Virus genome (UHGV): UHGV-0321984
Source of the DNA: a virus
Strand: one strand, 5' to 3'
DNA: 39,521 nt
Shown: positions 37,351 to 39,521 of the stretch, in pieces
Position numbering within the stretch: the first letter of the stretch is position 1
Layout: each line of letters starts with the position of its first letter
Notes under the pieces: generated by a model
The model's database searches: none
What the model saw: only the letters and a program-made list of their open reading frames with translations
Told to the model about the DNA's origin: nothing
Translations under genes and position numbers: made by a program

Positions 37351-38850
37351 TCACTCCCCTGTTTCATCTTTTTTGTTGTTAATTACTTCTTCACCATCTG
37401 AATCAAAAATGCCAATCTGCTTTTGCGTTTCTTTATTTACTCGTTTCAACTCTGCCTGTACATCTGGAACAAAAGAAGCGAGTCCTAAGATCGTCTCTTG
37501 ACTGAGTTCAGCTCCAGCATCAACCAAAGACTTCAATTCTTCCAGAATGGCTTTAGGTAGATTAGGCGTAAATATTACACGTAAGCCTTTCAAATCGGAG
37601 TTATCCATTTCAGAAATACTTGATTTTAAGCTAAATAAAAGACGATAACGCCGCATAAGGCCTTTTTTGAATAGCCTTTGCTTTGTTGCCGTCATTTGTT
37701 CAAATCCAAATAATTTATATTTCATTGCTTCTCCCGATTGCACTCCGGAAAAATTGTCATCAGTAAGATCAGGAACCATTGAGATTTCGTGGATATCCTT
37801 GCGCACTCTGTCTTTGTATGCTTCTACACCGTTCACATCATATTGTTTGTAAATATATCCTGCAGTCACACTTGTTTTATTACCGTTCACATCAGTTCCA
37901 GATTCAAGCAAAAGCATATTCGCTTCTTTCTGCTTGATGGCGTCCTCTGTGGACAGTCCTGATGCTTCAATATCGCCACTAATAACTAGGAGAGCATCGT
38001 TTAAATCAGTCATATAGTTGGCTGTATCAGACTGTCCTGCATCATATAGATCAATCAAGGATAGCACATCTTCATACAAGCCCATTCGGAAACGATTAGG
38101 AGAATACTCCGTAATAGGTACCTCTTTATATTCATGCGGTTCATCTTGAGGATTCTTTAACTCAATTGCTGTTAGCGTCGTCTCATCATAAGTGATACTT
38201 TTTTCTTTTGTGTATACGATTGGTTGAATGTACTGTTTATCAGCATCCTTGTTGAATCTTGTCTTAGGATACCGTACAGCCAAAATAGGCTCTCGTTTTA
38301 CTGTAGTATCATATACAACAAACGTTTCAAATACATTAGCCAAATCAACATAATCTGTATCATCTGAATCTCGATAGATAATCTCATAGGCTCTCCCATA
38401 CTTATCCATATCAAGCCAGAGTTCAGCATTTAACCCATCTATGTCATTATTAGTATTAAACTCTTCGATTTCTTTTTGTTGATTTGTGTCCTCGATTTGC
38501 ACTTTTATAGGATTGCCTGTGTTGTACCCAACATCAAACGTACAAAGAACTTTTCCAAAGTTATGTGCTGATCGATGATCCGCTTTTTCCTTTTCTCTAC
38601 GTCTACGGTTATCCATGATATTTGTATTTCTAGCTTTGTAATAATCATCTAATACACTTAGCCTTTTTACCTGATATTCATGATGATGTTTTATCATTGC
38701 TGCTAAAGTATCTAAATCGTTAAGTAAATCTTCTGCTGAGCTAAATCTATAGTGAAGATTGGAATCTACGCTAAACTTTACATAATTTGTGTTCACGTCG
38801 TTAGAATAATGTATATCAGATCCATGTTCAAACTCATTTACCTTATCCAT
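37351..38850 (-). CDS. Portal protein
   Basis: 499 aa, immediately downstream of terL; SPP1-type gene order. Confidence 0.75.
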   Translation of the reverse strand: MDKVNEFEHGSDIHYSNDVNTNYVKFSVDSNLHYRFSSAEDLLNDLDTLAAMIKHHHEYQVKRLSVLDDYYKARNTNIMDNRRRREKEKADHRSAHNFGKVLCTFDVGYNTGNPIKVQIEDTNQQKEIEEFNTNNDIDGLNAELWLDMDKYGRAYEIIYRDSDDTDYVDLANVFETFVVYDTTVKREPILAVRYPKTRFNKDADKQYIQPIVYTKEKSITYDETTLTAIELKNPQDEPHEYKEVPITEYSPNRFRMGLYEDVLSLIDLYDAGQSDTANYMTDLNDALLVISGDIEASGLSTEDAIKQKEANMLLLESGTDVNGNKTSVTAGYIYKQYDVNGVEAYKDRVRKDIHEISMVPDLTDDNFSGVQSGEAMKYKLFGFEQMTATKQRLFKKGLMRRYRLLFSLKSSISEMDNSDLKGLRVIFTPNLPKAILEELKSLVDAGAELSQETILGLASFVPDVQAELKRVNKETQKQIGIFDSDGEEVINNKKDETGE

Positions 38851-38862
38851 TGTTCACTCTCC

Positions 38863-39521
38863 TTAAAACATCCTCTTGATTTTGTTCCGCTGCTCTTTAG
38901 TAACGGTTGATTTCTTTTTGGCCCACATGTCTTCGTTGAAGGCGTATCTTGTCGCATCAATCGTATGGTTGTCTTTATCCTCTAACCTTGGCTTAGGATT
39001 TCCATCACGATCTGTTTGATAGTCGATGTTCTCGAATTCCTTAGCAATATTCGGAGTGCGTAGTGGATCAATACAAATAAAAGCCAAATCATCTAGCCAC
39101 TGTTCACCGTACTCAACAGAATCAGGTCCTTTTTTCACGCCTTTTATTCCTTTCATGCCATGTTCATTAACTAATTCAGCATTACTCTTTGGCTCTGCGC
39201 TATCTGAAAATATCTCCTCATTTTGGTAACCTTTAGATTTAGCTTTGTTTGCAAATTCTCTATTGCTGATCTTCACGCCGTAAATTTCATCGATTGCATA
39301 AATACCGTTTTTCTTTTTGTCATAATGCCATCTGACGAACGCTAAAGGATCCGTTGCATATCCATAGTCCAAACCGTTGCGGATGTTATCAAAGTTAGAG
39401 ATCATTTCATCTGTAATAGAACCTTTCTTAACTTGTAGATTATCAAAAGGTACAACTCCTGACCCCACAGCTTTTCCATCATATTCCCACTCAGCCCTTC
39501 TTGGATTCCTTTCTCTAGTTG
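38863..39521 (-). CDS. terL: Terminase large subunit, C-terminal nuclease part (continues in frame from window position 1)
   Basis: Open in frame to the window end (...EATRERNPRRAEWEYDGKAVGSGVVPFDN...). Joined with 1..640 this makes a 1299-nt ORF (432 aa), the usual size for a PBSX/XtmB-type TerL. Stop at 38863. Confidence 0.8.
   Translation of the reverse strand, partial: TRERNPRRAEWEYDGKAVGSGVVPFDNLQVKKGSITDEMISNFDNIRNGLDYGYATDPLAFVRWHYDKKKNGIYAIDEIYGVKISNREFANKAKSKGYQNEEIFSDSAEPKSNAELVNEHGMKGIKGVKKGPDSVEYGEQWLDDLAFICIDPLRTPNIAKEFENIDYQTDRDGNPKPRLEDKDNHTIDATRYAFNEDMWAKKKSTVTKEQRNKIKRMF

Overview
The window reads as a complete, circularly closed genome (about 39.5 kb) of an AT-rich temperate siphovirus from a low-GC Firmicute (Lactobacillales/Enterococcus-like RBS and codon usage). 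The two window ends join in frame inside the terminase large-subunit gene. Most genes are on the minus strand. Gene order, reading leftwards, is: a late-gene activator (ArpU family); terminase small and large subunits; portal; a Mu-F/SPP1-gp7-like minor head protein; scaffold; major capsid; head-tail connectors; major tail protein; a G/GT chaperone pair with a canonical -1 frameshift; tape measure; Dit; a Tal protein with lysozyme and M23 peptidase domains; two BppU-like baseplate/fibre proteins; an SGNH hydrolase; an XhlA-like protein; a holin; and a signal-peptide endolysin. The plus strand carries an ICEBs1-like lysogeny module (XRE repressor, ImmA metalloprotease, a small ORF, tyrosine integrase, and attP with arm-type repeats). 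It also carries moron genes: a Zn-ribbon/bPH/SHOCT protein; a 100-aa ORF whose promoter contains a perfect Gram-positive LexA (Cheo) box; a tRNA with anticodon CAT; and two membrane proteins. The early/replication region (minus strand) is densely packed with translationally coupled ORFs (ATGA/TAATG overlaps), many of them below 60 aa. It includes an antirepressor, a Cro-like HTH protein, an SSAP-like protein, an HNH-like nuclease, and a replisome organiser with ori iterons inside its gene. The most notable points are:
- in-frame closure of the genome across the window ends;
- a predicted -1 frameshift that fuses a Big_2 Ig-like domain to the major capsid protein;
- Prp/L27-like N-terminal cleavage motifs on both scaffold and capsid;
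- a duplicated compact bidirectional promoter-RBS module in the switch region;
- SOS-box-controlled morons;
- a candidate hairpin sRNA;
- a secreted SGNH esterase and a secreted endolysin in the lysis cassette.
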